Origin: Amphiscolops sp. MND2022
Lineage: Eukaryota
Length of the DNA stretch: 64,000 nucleotides
Assembly (NCBI GenBank): GCA_964187785.1
Contig: OZ076412.1
Coordinates: 55,614,001-55,678,000 of the forward strand
Direction: 5' to 3'
Positions 26,001 to 37,200 of this stretch are shown one piece after another. The notes under the pieces were generated by a model that was not told where the DNA came from, searched no databases, and worked only from the letters and a program-made list of their open reading frames with translations. The translations under genes were made by a program, and so were the position numbers. How positions within the stretch are numbered: position 1 is the stretch's first letter; each line of letters opens with the position of its first letter.

Positions 26001-29000
26001 TAAGAAACGATTTCAAATGCTGTGGGTTCGCGTTACCAGTAGACAATCGCCTTCAAACCCCAAAACAATGCGCCTTATCTTCAACCCCATGGTCCCTTTT
26101 GAATTTATGGAAGGCGGTATTTCGATGGTTTTCTAAAAGGAATTTCTGTAGCATGCAAATGTTTTCTAGCATAATTTGCAAGTTCCACAAGGAAGCACTC
26201 GGAACTCGTTTGGATAATTATTGGCAGCTAGTTGTGCTTTTGTTCGCATAGTAGCTACTTTTGGCATTTTTTTCTTAAAAAATAGTGTTAAAATTGATAA
26301 GTTGTACGTAATAATATAAAGAAAATAATACGTGCTCCTGGAATGTTTAATTTGGTCAAATAAGTAGTATAATGGCGTGATAGAAACTGGTTTGCCTTCT
26401 AAAACCACGTGTTGTACGTAACAATTATCTAAAAATTATATCCAAAAGGATTTGAGAATGAAATTGCAGCTAAGTTTTCAATGCATGTAAAATTACCGGT
26501 ATTGCACTTATTGCTTTTATTGCGTTTTCGTTCCCACTAGTTATAAGTCTGCGCTTCTTTTTTTTTCAATTCACACGAATTGACCAAAATAGTTATACAA
26601 AATTTTAAGGTGTCAAATTGGACCATTTGGCCCTGGGAACTGAACGATGAAAGTTGTTCCGTTGTTACGTTTTTTCAGCGTAACATATTACCGGGCGAGA
26701 CTAAAGGGTCCCCTTTCACTTTTTCTGCATTGACTTTTTGCAAAAAATTTTCAATGTCTCCAAAGGGTATCGCTTCAATTTTTTGATATTTTGCGAAATA
26801 TAATGGATTTTAAAAAATCCGAAAGGGTTCCCCTTTTAGCCCGCCGGTTCGGTCAAACTTCTGGGTTTTCCGGGTACTGTAGAAGAAAATAGTTACTTTT
26901 AGAGTTCAGTGCTCAAAAGAACTGTTGATGCAACAAAACTGGAAGTTTCTGTTTGAGTCAAACGTTGATTTGATTGATATTTATAGATGTTTAGATTATT
27001 GATTAGTTTGGTTTACCCTTGAATCTTTCACTTAGCTCTAGAACACCTCAAAACAACAGGTATCTTCCAAAAAATATATTCTTGACTTATCTTCGTTTTA
27101 TACCATTAAAACTAAGTGACCAAAATATCAGAAGACTAACCACCCATACTGATATTTTCAAGAATACAATTTGAAGTCCTTGTGCTATTTATGAGCCTTA
27201 AGTGGGGCGCCGACTTGATCCCGTCTTGTTTCATTCAATTTGAACTTTGTTTCCAGGGTATTCCCATTGAGAGCCAGTTCACAGAAGAATGTGTTTTGCG
27301 TGAGATTAATAAATGCTACATCGGTTTACTTCCTCAATCAAAGCTGCCACAGAGGAAAGTGAAACTGAATGCGCTGGCTAGATACGCTTCTAAACTGTCT
27401 TCCAGCATTTTCAAAGAAGCCAAATTTCAAGCTCAAACTTTACAATTCAGACAGAAAAGTTTGAATCGTCGCAAGGTTGCCGAGGATTTCGCAGATACCA
27501 TTATGGACACATTGGTGAAAGATTTACCAGTTGTTTTGAAACAAAGGGTGCCCATTGGATCAGGGTCGAGTCATAATACTTCTCCGAAAGATGGTGGATC
27601 TTATCTCAATTATTTGGAGGGTGTTACATTAACTCTAACTCCGCCAGATGACGAAAAAAGTAAAAGTTTGACGGTCGATGCGGAAAATTCAAACGAGCGA
27701 GACGTCAGTTTAAAGGCGCTCGAAGAGTTTTCTGATCTTTTCGTGTCGAATTTATTGCGTCTAGTCACCGATCAATTGTTTCCCCGAGCTACGAGTAGAA
27801 AGTCTATTTCGAAGCATCGAAGACGCGGGTCAAGTCGCAGTAACTCTTTGACACAAAGTTTCAGTCTATACGATATTGTGTACAGTGAAGGTGATGCTAC
27901 TGGTATACTAAAGCCAACCGCTGTGGGATTCCGTGACGAACAGAATTCCAACTTTTTCCTGGGCGACATAGAGGAAACTTCAGCTGACTTCGTGACTGAC
28001 ACGTCGGATTGGTCAAGTAGAGGAAGTGGCAAGTACAAAAGTAAACTGCCCTTGTCTAGTACATTGGCCGCTGAGACGTTTTTCAGGGGTAGGAAGTTCG
28101 CTTCTATACGAGAACAATTCTCAAATGTTCTCGCAACCCAGATTTTAGCCGAAGCTATTGCGTCATACATCAACACCCTTGCCAAGAAAAACAGCTCAAC
28201 TGAATCATCCTCTAGTCCTCGGCTGGAGTCCAGTCTGTCTGACGAAACACGGCGAGGCTCCAATATAAGTTCAGTTGAAGAATACGCTTATTTCTTGTCA
28301 GATAAAATTGTTTTTGATGCATATCAAACAATTTGTGGAAGACTGGCTCCGAAGGGGTCTGTGGATACGAGATACTCTGCCATGGAAGACGATCTGTACT
28401 CTTTACATTCCCAACAAACTAACTACTCTCGAAGCAGGAGAGGCAGTGGCACTCGAAGATCTGTCTCTAGAAGGAGGTCTTCTAATGTCAGTGTAGTATC
28501 GTCTCACACGATCAACGAAAGGCTCTACAGTTTCTTCGTCATTACTTTGTTCTTCAAGGTTTGGTCTCTGTTCATATTAATGGTCACCCAGTCGTTCAGC
28601 AGTCATTATAAAAGAAGCCATCGAGAGGACTCGGCCGCCACGACCAGTGCAATACCAATAGATGCTTCTGGTGACAAAAACAACTCCAAACGCAATTCTA
28701 TCGATTCGTGCCATGGTCTCTTGGAACACGACTTTGATGGCAGGTTGCGTAGTGTTACTTTGGAACAATCTGGTGCTGGATCCAATGAAGACAATGCCAA
28801 ACACCTACAGAAGTGTCAAAACCCACTCATAATTGACACCAAGTCCTTTAATTCCACTTTTTCTAGCACTGCTGGCAGTGTCGCCAACGAACTTTTGGAG
28901 GACGGCAGACGAGATCTAACTACTGTTTCCACTCAGACATTCGGTTGCACGTCGTTCGGGGGAGACTCACAGTTCAAGCTCTTTATTCTGTGGATCGCGG

Positions 29001-29224
29001 CTTCAATGGCCGGTGTTGACAGTGTTCTGTTTCACCCATACGGAGACAGTAAATTGTTGGAAGTTGAGAAAATGATCCACTTGGTTGTATCCAATGGACT
29101 CACGGTCGCTGATCTTTTTAGTTTACTGCTCAAGTATTGCAATTATATTGATCTATTCAAGTCCTATGATAGTAACACGGAACCCAAGCCCTTTTTTACA
29201 TTTGTAGAAAATCTTTATAACTAA
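23093..29224 (+). CDS. PARG-like (poly(ADP-ribose) glycohydrolase fold) protein with degenerate catalytic loop and about 550-aa internal insertion; exons ~23093-23718, 23904-24231, 27257-29224
   Basis: Phase-compatible GT-AG junctions (TC|gtaagt..cag|G; CAG|gtaact..ccag|GGT). PARG-like motifs: IASLLSTSFLCLLP..NFEPLY..EKLKCFINYF..KITRRVL; SPEILG..EALEFSGCSAFS..G; LCAIDAINFQ|GIPIESQFTEECVLREINKCYIGL; C-terminal TQTFGCTSFGGDSQFKLFILWIAAS..LTVADLFSLLLKY. The start codon or a further upstream exon is uncertain. Confidence 0.85.
25660..26539 (-). mobile_element. Internally deleted hAT DNA transposon (880 bp) with CGGBP1-like N-terminal remnant
   Basis: TIRs TAGTGGGAAC / GTTCCCACTA flanked by a perfect 8-bp TSD GTTATAAG (25652-25659 and 26540-26547). 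Minus-strand remnant MPKVATMRTKAQLAANNYPNEFRVLPCGT-CKLC..HRNTAFH resembles the CGGBP1/BED-type Zn finger. Confidence 0.8.
26690..27233 (-). mobile_element. HINE-like repeat copy in PARG-like intron 2, ending 24 bp before the splice acceptor
   Basis: GGGTCCC/GGGTTCCC units; TGAGCCTTAAGTGGGGCGCCGACTTGATCCCGTCTTGTT at 27195-27232 is the reverse complement of the family 5' end. Confidence 0.6.
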
Positions 29225-29630
29225 ATTATCTAAGTTTCAATATTCACAGGTGCTTTTGTACTTTCCCCATAACTTAATATAACGTATAGCAATTAAATAA
29301 TACATTCCATTTTAATTAAACCTCTTTTCTCAGTCGTTTTCCCCCATCATTTAGTTGATTAGCTCTTTCGTGGGAACTATTTTATTCGAAGTGTTTGTTC
29401 AAAAGTTGGACACTCATGTTGACGCAAAAAAAAACTTTCTTCAAGCTTGACTAGTATATATAATTTGCGAAAGGTAGTTGTTCATCCAATGCAACTGGCA
29501 TACCATTCAAAAAAAGCTGACAAAAGTTAGAACGTTGGTATATCTAGTACCAAGACCAAGACGTCTCAAGTCGGCGTAGTCTCAAGATTTCATGTTTCAA
29601 AGTGCAAAAAAGGCGCTCTCTGGACTAAAA

Positions 29631-30217
29631 AACAAGACGGGAACGTCTAAAGTCGGCGCTATATCTAAGGCTCAAAAAAGCGCTAAGTTTTTAAACTTGT
29701 AAAAGGGGGGACCCTTTCAGCTTTTTGAAAATCCAGTCTGTTGCAAAATATCAAAAAAATTGGACAATAAAAAATCCGGAATTTTTTTTGAAAAAACTTT
29801 CGAAAAAACGAAAAATGAGAATTTCGAAACAGTCTCACAGTGCCGAAAACTAGAGAGGGGGGACCCTTTGGGCTTTTTGAAACTTCGGTTTGCTGCAAAA
29901 TATCAAAAAAACTTGAAGGGGGGACCGTTTGGCGACAAAAGAAAATTCGAAAAAAAAGTCGCACAGTGCCGAAAAAAATTCAAAAGGGGGACCCTGTAGT
30001 TCCGTCCGGTTTTGTATCTTACGTTAAAAATTGAGTACACGAAAAGGGGGACCCTTTGCAGTAACTCAGATATGATTCCGCTTGCCGGTGCAGTACTTTT
30101 AGTAGTTCTGTAAAAAGTGTCCACTACGCATACATTCTGTGGTCTGACGAAAAAAAAAGAAAACAAAACTTGCCACTGTAATAGTCGGGCTCATTTTCTT
30201 CTAAAATGCGCCGACTA
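29631..30217 (+). mobile_element. HINE-like repeat copy, apparently full-length
   Basis: AACAAGACGGGAACGTCTAAAGTCGGCGC through TAGTCGGGCTCATTTT-CTTCT-AAAATGCGCCGACTA. Confidence 0.75.
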
Positions 30218-31245
30218 AAAACACTTCAACTGGAAACATCAGAAGACGCAAAATTATGGGAAAAATCATTTTTCAAGAAAAAAATCCCTCGAAAAAATTG
30301 TACCACCCGAAGGGGAATTCTTTAGGATTGAAGAACGTGTTTTTCCTATGCGAAAAAATTGAAGGGGATCTTTTTAATGATTTTAAAAAAAATCGCACTG
30401 TGCCGAAAAAACCTTAGGGAACTTTAGTAGAACTATAAAACACTAAGGTAACCCTAGTAAAAGTATGAAATATTGAAAGAGTAACCTTTGGCCTCATTGG
30501 GTGCACTTTAGAACCTAGGCGTAAAATGTCTGTAAAAAGCACCATTTGTGTGAGGTCTGTGAAAAAAGTTGCCATTGTAAAAGTCTGGCACTTTTTGTTA
30601 CAAGAAGCCTCCACTAAAAGAGTGACAGCCATCGTGAATCTGGGTACTTGCATGATAGCGCTTCCACCAATTTATCTAGTTCTGACTTGAAAAGTTTCTC
30701 CATCGAAAGAGAAAGGTATTCAATTAACCAAAAAAACTTGGACAATTTTTAGTAGAATTCAAGTTTTTTCGCTGTCCCTAGGTTGCTGCCCATGAAGAAA
30801 TGCTATCTGTAGTTCTTGTGAGAAGCGATTGGTGCACACCTCGAGGGCTCAGATTTTTTAAGGATGGTTTGTTCTTCACACAGCAAATGCTTTCTCACTT
30901 GAATTGTTCTTTGTTTGTCATTATTGTTGGCGATCAACTATACTTATGTGGCTCATGGAAAATGGTGTTTTTTGGATGACATAACAAAAGAAAGGTATGC
31001 TGATTGGATATGTAACGCAAATTGTCAACAAACTACTGTGATTTTAAGTGATATTGTTGAGCGTCACGAATTGTCAAGACTTCAATTTCAGAGACCCTCA
31101 AAGAATGCTGCTATAAAAAGTACCAAAAGCCAGCTGAAAACGTTTTTCAGTGAGTCAGCTCTGACAAAAACATGGATGTGCTGCATTGGTTTTAGATATT
31201 ATGATCACTTGGCTCTGAGTGAAATTTGCGGGAGCTGTGACCAAA

Positions 31246-34200
31246 ATGCTGCTGCAACTTATGAAAGGTTCCATGGCTTACATATTAGCTGTTACCCTCA
31301 TCGTGTGCAGTCTCCTGCTCAATGGACTGTTTGGGTTCCTTACCCAGTTCAGGGAGCCAAACACAGCCGAGAGTCTAGTTTCTCAGCTGCAGCAAAACCA
31401 ACCTCCGTATCCTGGTGACTCTTTCGACAACATCTGGTGGTTTGTGCAGGTAAAACTTTCCCATACGTTGCATACGTGACATTTATATTGAATAATAAAA
31501 AGCAGTCAACTTAAGCAAGTGGTTGATGTGTGGTTCTACTGCATTAGATTCACCAATTGCCAATTAACGTCACTTCGGAAAAAACGCGCTTTTCATTCAC
31601 CAACTTATCAAACTAGAAATTTTCCATTCTAGAGTGCTTTCGCTCACTTTCAGTCGGTGATTTTGTAATTTTTAATTGCCGGTTTTTCGGAATGAATTTT
31701 TTGAAGGCCGTTTTCCGAATTATTTTGAGTCGGAGATTAGAAATATTCAGAGTTAAATGAACCTTAGCGTGCATGGACACATCTGTTAGCTACATTCAAC
31801 TTTTGGCTCTCTCATTATGATAATCCTTCTGTCTTTCTGAATGAAGTGCTTTTAACGGTGTTGGGTTCGCGTGTTTCAGGTGACTGATTTACACATTAGT
31901 GATCACGTTCGGCCCCAAATTGTGCCTGATCTAATAGCGTGGTGTGAACAAATGCATGAAATAATCAAGCCGGAGTTTATCCTTGTCACTGGTTTGTTAC
32001 TGGTACCATCCTTGATTCTGAATCTCGCTACCCAATTACATGCCGATGTTCGGTGGATTGTGATGTCATGATTTAGGTGATTTGACCGACGCCAAAGCCA
32101 GAGACCAGATCAGATCACACCAAATAGAGTCAGAATGGAAGAGGTACAAACACGTGAGAGATGCTTGCCATGAGAAGATAGCTCTCAAAGATAAAGCCGC
32201 TCAACCAGAGCCTTGGATTGATATCAGAGGAAACCATGGTGAGTCAGATTTCACTATCGCACTCTTCTGATATACCATTGTTTCTGTTTTTGTTATGTTT
32301 TTGAAAGCACAATTCAACAGCGTCGGGGTCCAAATAACTCAGGCATTTGATAAAGCATAAACAACATGCAATTTAACATAAACGATACAAGATATCCACC
32401 TCTTGTCCAAAATGAGCAAAACCCCCAATTTCCAAGACTTCATTTTTTGGCAACACTGTTGTTTTCTATTTTTTTTCTTTTTTCGTAATCTGGATAAACT
32501 TTTAATGCGGCGTTTCTGGCAAGCCCCTTTGTACAAAGTTCGTTTTTGTTTTAGTTTCAAAATAGAACCAAGCTGGCATATAAGCAAAGGATTCCCCTGC
32601 ATGCAATATTCGTTAATGCCAAGTAGTTCATGAAAAAATGGTTTAATTTGAGTTTTGATGCGATATGTCTGGCTTATGAAAGATTTCCCGCAACTGGTAT
32701 TCTGGAATGATACGTCTGAAAATTTTGCCAAGTCTTTCTCCACACCACGGAGACACCTATGCCTGTAAATGCATTGAATAGTGTTTTTAGTCAGCACTTT
32801 ATGAAATGGAATGCGACTTCTATAATGGCTTTTCGTCGGTTTTTTTTTCAATCTACTGTTCATAAGTTCATAAAAATAGCTTTTAAGCATATTCGAAATT
32901 AGAAAAAAGCTGTTTTAGGCTCAGAGAAACTCCTAGTTTTTTGGTACTGAGATTTTTTCAATAATAATCACAACGCTTTTGCGTACTTTCTGCTTTTCGA
33001 ATCTCAAGCGGGCGCTGTCTTACACCGTTCCTGACTTGTTTCAGATTCGTTCGACGTAGACTTAAAGAAAGAAGAGCCATTTAAAGTTGATAAATTCCTG
33101 GCAACCAAATACAATTCAGTCACTCATTTCAGTATAGTGAAACCGTTTGGCCAATATTTATTCATCGGAATTGACTTCTCCCCACAACCAGGGCCCGCTC
33201 GACCCCTTAACTTTTTCGGCTTCTACAACGCCACCAGAGGTTTGTATTAATTTCCATTCAGATCAATAATTATTTTTATTCGGAAAAGATACCCTCAATC
33301 CCCCGAACCTCTGGCAGTCTTGGAAGCGCAAGTAAAATATTTTATCGGGACAGACATCTATTCATCAAGAGCGACCCAGTACGCGTTTTGCCTGGAAAAT
33401 GTATATAAAATGAATCGGTTTTTGTGTTCGACCAGAAATTTTTGGTGGAAAATTGATTACCTATCGCCTGTTTAATTCGACACCAGAGTGCTGAGAATTA
33501 ATGATGAAAAACGCCCTCGATTAAAAGCCGCACGACATTAGAAACTTACGAAAAGACCCAGGGTTCTTATCGAAAGCTTGCGATGCTTCATTTAATTACA
33601 GGGTTTAATAAAAGTATGTTTTCAGATGATCCGAAATTGACGGCGCTTATAAATTCTGGTCAAAATTCGAATATGACCTTCCTATATGGTCATCATACCT
33701 TGAATGTGGTGACGTCCGCAGAGAACTTCTTTGCACGTATGAGGTAAGATTATGCTTGTATGTCTTTGCAATCTATTTGAAAATTTTATCGAATTATAAT
33801 TCTTGAGAGTTTGAAGAAAATTTTGAAGTAGTATAGCCTTTTTTCAAGTTTTTTCTCTGCTAACACTCGAGTGCTCTAAAAGTTAACTTGGCTGGTCTCA
33901 ACTTGTTTCAAATAGATGCAGCGTCGATATTTTTAAAGGCTATGATTGTCAAGGGCCCTTTGGCTCCATTTTGGGATGAAGGTTTACGGAAAAGTAATGA
34001 TAATGGGGAAGTTCTGAATCGTTTCTAGATATGGATCGGTTTATTTATGTGGCCACTTGCACGCTCTGCTCGAGTGGAAGTCCACCCAACATCTCTATGG
34101 CTATCACCATGACGCGTCTCTTCTAGAACTCGAGTTGGCAGACTTCCAGAACAACAGGCGTTTCCGAGTTGTTGCTCTTGACCATGACTTGATGTCCTTC

Positions 34201-37200
34201 GCTGATGTCTCTGTCGGTCAGTGGCCAGTTATCGTCATCACATGTCCCAAACATGCCCAATATACTGTTCCTGGAAAAGAACCTATCGGCAAAATGAAAT
34301 TTTCCTCTCATATCAGGTATGTAACTCAGTTTTCGTATGTTTTTGATGTCCAACACAACATGGATCTTAGCCTGCGATGTGATCATAATCGGAGGACCCC
34401 GATTGAAAACTCATTTTTTGGCTCACGACGCTTATACATACCATTATCATGCTGCGTTAAGGTAACGAAATAAAACGGGAGTTTGAATAGTCAATAATGA
34501 AATCTTGAAAAAATTAACAATTGAAAGTTTTACCAACAGTTTCCTCATTTTAGGGTTCTTCGTCCACTTTTAACTTCGTGTTTCAAAGAGCCAATTTTAA
34601 CCTATCTACGTGCTGGTATTTTTCAGACTTCTGGTATTCTCAATCACAGTCATCAATAGAGTACACGTGGAAATAGCACGAGAGACCAATCCCCATAACC
34701 CCTTCTGGAGAGGAGAAGCAGTCAACACTTACGGACCTCTTTATACTCTCGACTGGAAACCCAAGTCTTTCTCTGAAGGACTCTTCATCATTCGAGTCAT
34801 TGCTACTGTAAGTGTGAATGATGAGATTTTCATCATGGCTTTTCGATAGCATCTTCGAGCAGTCCTTTGATTAAAGGAACCAACCATCCTTCATTTGATC
34901 AATTTTTTTCTTGAAACATTTCATATATGCGACAGTTTACTCTAACTCAAACATGGCAAAATCATTTGAATATGATCAAAAACAATTATTAAGAACACTC
35001 CTATCGATCTCACACTACGGAAAAATAATTGCAGAATTGATCGATTTTTAAAATAATTTTCTCTCCAAAAATTTAAAAGGGCCCTCTGAGCTCGCAAAAC
35101 GCTTTGTCCTTGCCAGAGTCAACAAGCCGGGGGTGGCCCAAGTCGTCACCCCGCTCCAGGTTTAATAATGTAAAGTATTTTAAATATGCAAAAGGACATT
35201 TCATAAACTTTACAGTGCCAAAAAATACCCCAAGGGATACGCATAAGACTCGAAGACCACTTTTTCTTCAACTGGAGACTTTCAAAAAACCAAAAATTGA
35301 GGAAATTTTTCAAAAAATTTTCGAAGAAATTTTTTGATGAAGATTTCCGGTAAGTCGCATAGGTTTTTCAAAAAGCCCGAAGCGTCCCTCCTTTTACAAT
35401 TTTCGGCATTGTGAGATTCTTCAAAATGATTATTTTTCGTCTTAAAATTAGGTTTTCTCAGCACGCTATATATTTTTTTAAGACCGGCGTCCATGTGACT
35501 TTTTTCTTCCTTTCATCAAAGCCCCCTCAATTTTTACTAGAAACGAAACGTTTTGCGAGCATAAAGGACTCCTCGGGGCTTTCGACACTATGCGACTTAC
35601 CGGAGACCTTCATTACACTTGCAATAAGCAAGTGTTATGTGAAAGTGCGGGCGCTTTTTTCCGAGCGACAACTCGTTTCACGCGTCAAGTCGCACAGTTC
35701 ACGCGTTCGTGGTCTAGTGGTAAGATGTTGGCTTTTCAACCTAGAGGTTTCGTGTTCGAGTATTCGAACCCAGAGTATTCCTTAGCAAAAGGTTCTCACT
35801 TTTTTTCGGCACTATGAGACTCCCCCCCTTTCAGCTTTGAGATTTTTTTCGAAAATTTTTAAATGTCGCCGAAGTGTTCTCCCTTTCATTTGTTTGATGT
35901 TTTGCAACAGAACGAATGTTAGAAAATCCCAAAGGGTCCGTCATGTACCGTACGGTCATGAACTTTGATTCATAGCCTCAGAAGAACAAATGATGAATCA
36001 TGCGCTAAACAGGGGGGACGAGAACAAAAGATTCTACAAACTAAATATCATTGACCACTTAATCACATAATTACATTTAAATGATGCTAATTGTAAACTA
36101 AATAGAAACCACGGACACAACCACACCGGGGGTACTACAAGCAAGTCGGTTCTAACCAATTCAATTGAGTTACCATCAAATTGGTTTTCAATGAAATTTC
36201 TAAGTCAGGAACCCAGATTCGCAACAGATTTTTCATCTCGTACAAAAGCCCGAACAACAATTGAAATGGATTCAAAACCCAGGTCTTGGACGTACTGATT
36301 GTACACTCTTTCGGGCTGGTTTGAAGACCAATCTAACAACTATATGACATGGTGACAAGGGTACTCTGACTTTTCAACGACTTGCATCTCAAACCGTTAT
36401 CTAAGAACTTTCAACATGGCTCAATAAGCCCGAGCCCAACAACCTGCAGCTCCTCTCGCAGCTCAGCTGCAACCTTTCATCAATCTACAGAGCTTTTGTG
36501 GCAAAGACACTGAAAACTTCAAACAATTCGAAAGACAACTTCGCAGTTCACTGGGTATAGCAGCAGTCGACGCAGCCCACCACCACCTCTATCTCCAATT
36601 GCATATGAATGGTAATGCGCTTGCATTCTTTGATCAGCTCACGGAAGCAACACGCAATAATTTCGAGAACGCACTGACAGCGCTCAGGAATCGCCACCTT
36701 AACCCCGACAGGGTCGAATCGTATAGATTGCAATTCAATACTCCAAAGAAACAATACACGATTCTCTAACGGAATTACAACGAATTGCTGGCCTTGCATT
36801 CCCAGACATTGATGCACAACCAGCCGCGAATGGCAATCCTGAGGTAGCAGCCGAAGACAGAGCCAACGAAAGAAACCGACGAGTGAGAGAACCATTCAAT
36901 AATGGGCTACCCAACAAATTGAAAAAAGTATCTTTTGACCCTACCAGACTCAACAACTGTTGATGATCTCTGTGAGCGTGCAGCAAGACGTGCAATGATC
37001 GATCAACACTATCCAGAAGATGACGTCGGTAGTGCCTTCAATGAAGTTTCACCCACCCAACTGGAAAGCCTTCTGAATACAATCTCAGATATGCAGAAAA
37101 CACAATCTTCCATGCAAAGAAAACACGAAGAAGAAATCGCTGCTCTGAAGGAGTCAGTCCAGACTCAACAACCACCACATCATCTTTCCAATAACATCAA

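Noticed and set aside
27772-28263. 163-aa antisense ORF
   Set aside because: Shadow of the Ser-rich PARG-like exon on the opposite strand.
30530-30850. CxxC motifs resembling C2H2 zinc fingers (HLCEVCEKS, CSSCEKR)
   Set aside because: No His pair, frames are broken and there is no exon structure; too weak to call.
32339-32890. 183-aa minus-strand ORF in TMEM62 intron 3
   Set aside because: Lys-rich, low-complexity, no recognisable motif; probably a decayed repeat or chance ORF.
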